A DNA stretch of 63,929 bases, counting the filler, from Octopus bimaculoides (lineage: Eukaryota), in NCBI RefSeq assembly GCF_001194135.2. It is 5 parts of 5 records of this genome, joined end to end, with 100 filler letters (N's around TTAATTAATTAA, not from the genome) between each part and the next. Parts side by side here need not be neighbours in the genome. Positions count along the whole stretch, not along the records: positions 62,628 to 63,929 come from NC_068990.1; 4 more parts are not named here. The stretch is one strand, 5' to 3'. This document shows, piece by piece, positions 63,725 to 63,929 of this stretch. Position numbers and translations under genes: made by a program. Positions within the stretch are counted from its first letter, which is position 1. Every line of letters starts with the position of its first letter. The notes under the pieces are model-generated. The model saw only the letters and a list, made by a program, of their open reading frames with translations, had not been told where the DNA came from and did no database searches.

Positions 63725-63840
63725 CGTTTTGAAGTGTCACCTTCCCTTCTTTTACGCAACAAGAACAATCCGTTTCTCGACGGGATTGTGACTTGCGATG
63801 AAAAGTGGATTTTTTACGACAACCGGCGACGCTCAGCTGA
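63725..63840 (+). mobile_element. Mariner transposase catalytic fragment
   Basis: SLLLRNKNNPFLDGIVTCDEKWIFYDNRRRS. Confidence 0.9.
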
Positions 63841-63929
63841 GTATATATATATATAACGATAAACGTCGCCCTTTCAAAGCCTAGCCAGGCTCATGGGCCC
63901 GGTTTCCCAGTTTCTATGGCATATGTGTT

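Overview
AT-rich, microsatellite- and SINE-dense animal genomic DNA. The SINE families resemble those I recall from Octopus, so an octopod cephalopod is inferred. The window is five sequence blocks joined by four artificial 100-bp spacers (N44-TTAATTAATTAA-N44), so adjacency across those spacers is not evidence of linkage. I assembled three spliced protein-coding genes by hand in block 2 (24805-55410). (1) CCDC103/DNAAF19, + strand, 229 aa, with a consensus RFX X-box at its probable non-coding first exon. (2) A convergent 3-exon gene for an unrecognised 106-aa protein, absent from the ORF track. (3) A TATA/Inr-driven small secreted PAN/apple-domain protein. Block 1 has orphan exons of at least one more gene. 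The rest is mobile DNA: four SINE/retro-tail families (one dimeric), Tc1/mariner elements including a DD37E (TRT-type) copy, hAT, piggyBac and Tigger MITEs, a Helitron remnant with 23-aa repeats, and R4/Dong, RTE, CR1, L1/Tx1 and Penelope-like fragments. The most striking unexplained signal is a set of minimal hammerhead ribozymes at four loci (five cores, three sequence families). They show palindromic or near-palindromic stem III. Two loci sit in inverted-repeat mini-elements next to (TA)n tracts, and one carries the compensatory U3-A8 core. There are no CRISPR arrays, rRNA or intact tRNA genes. TE and SINE coordinates are approximate (about 10-20 nt); exon and ribozyme coordinates were counted base by base.
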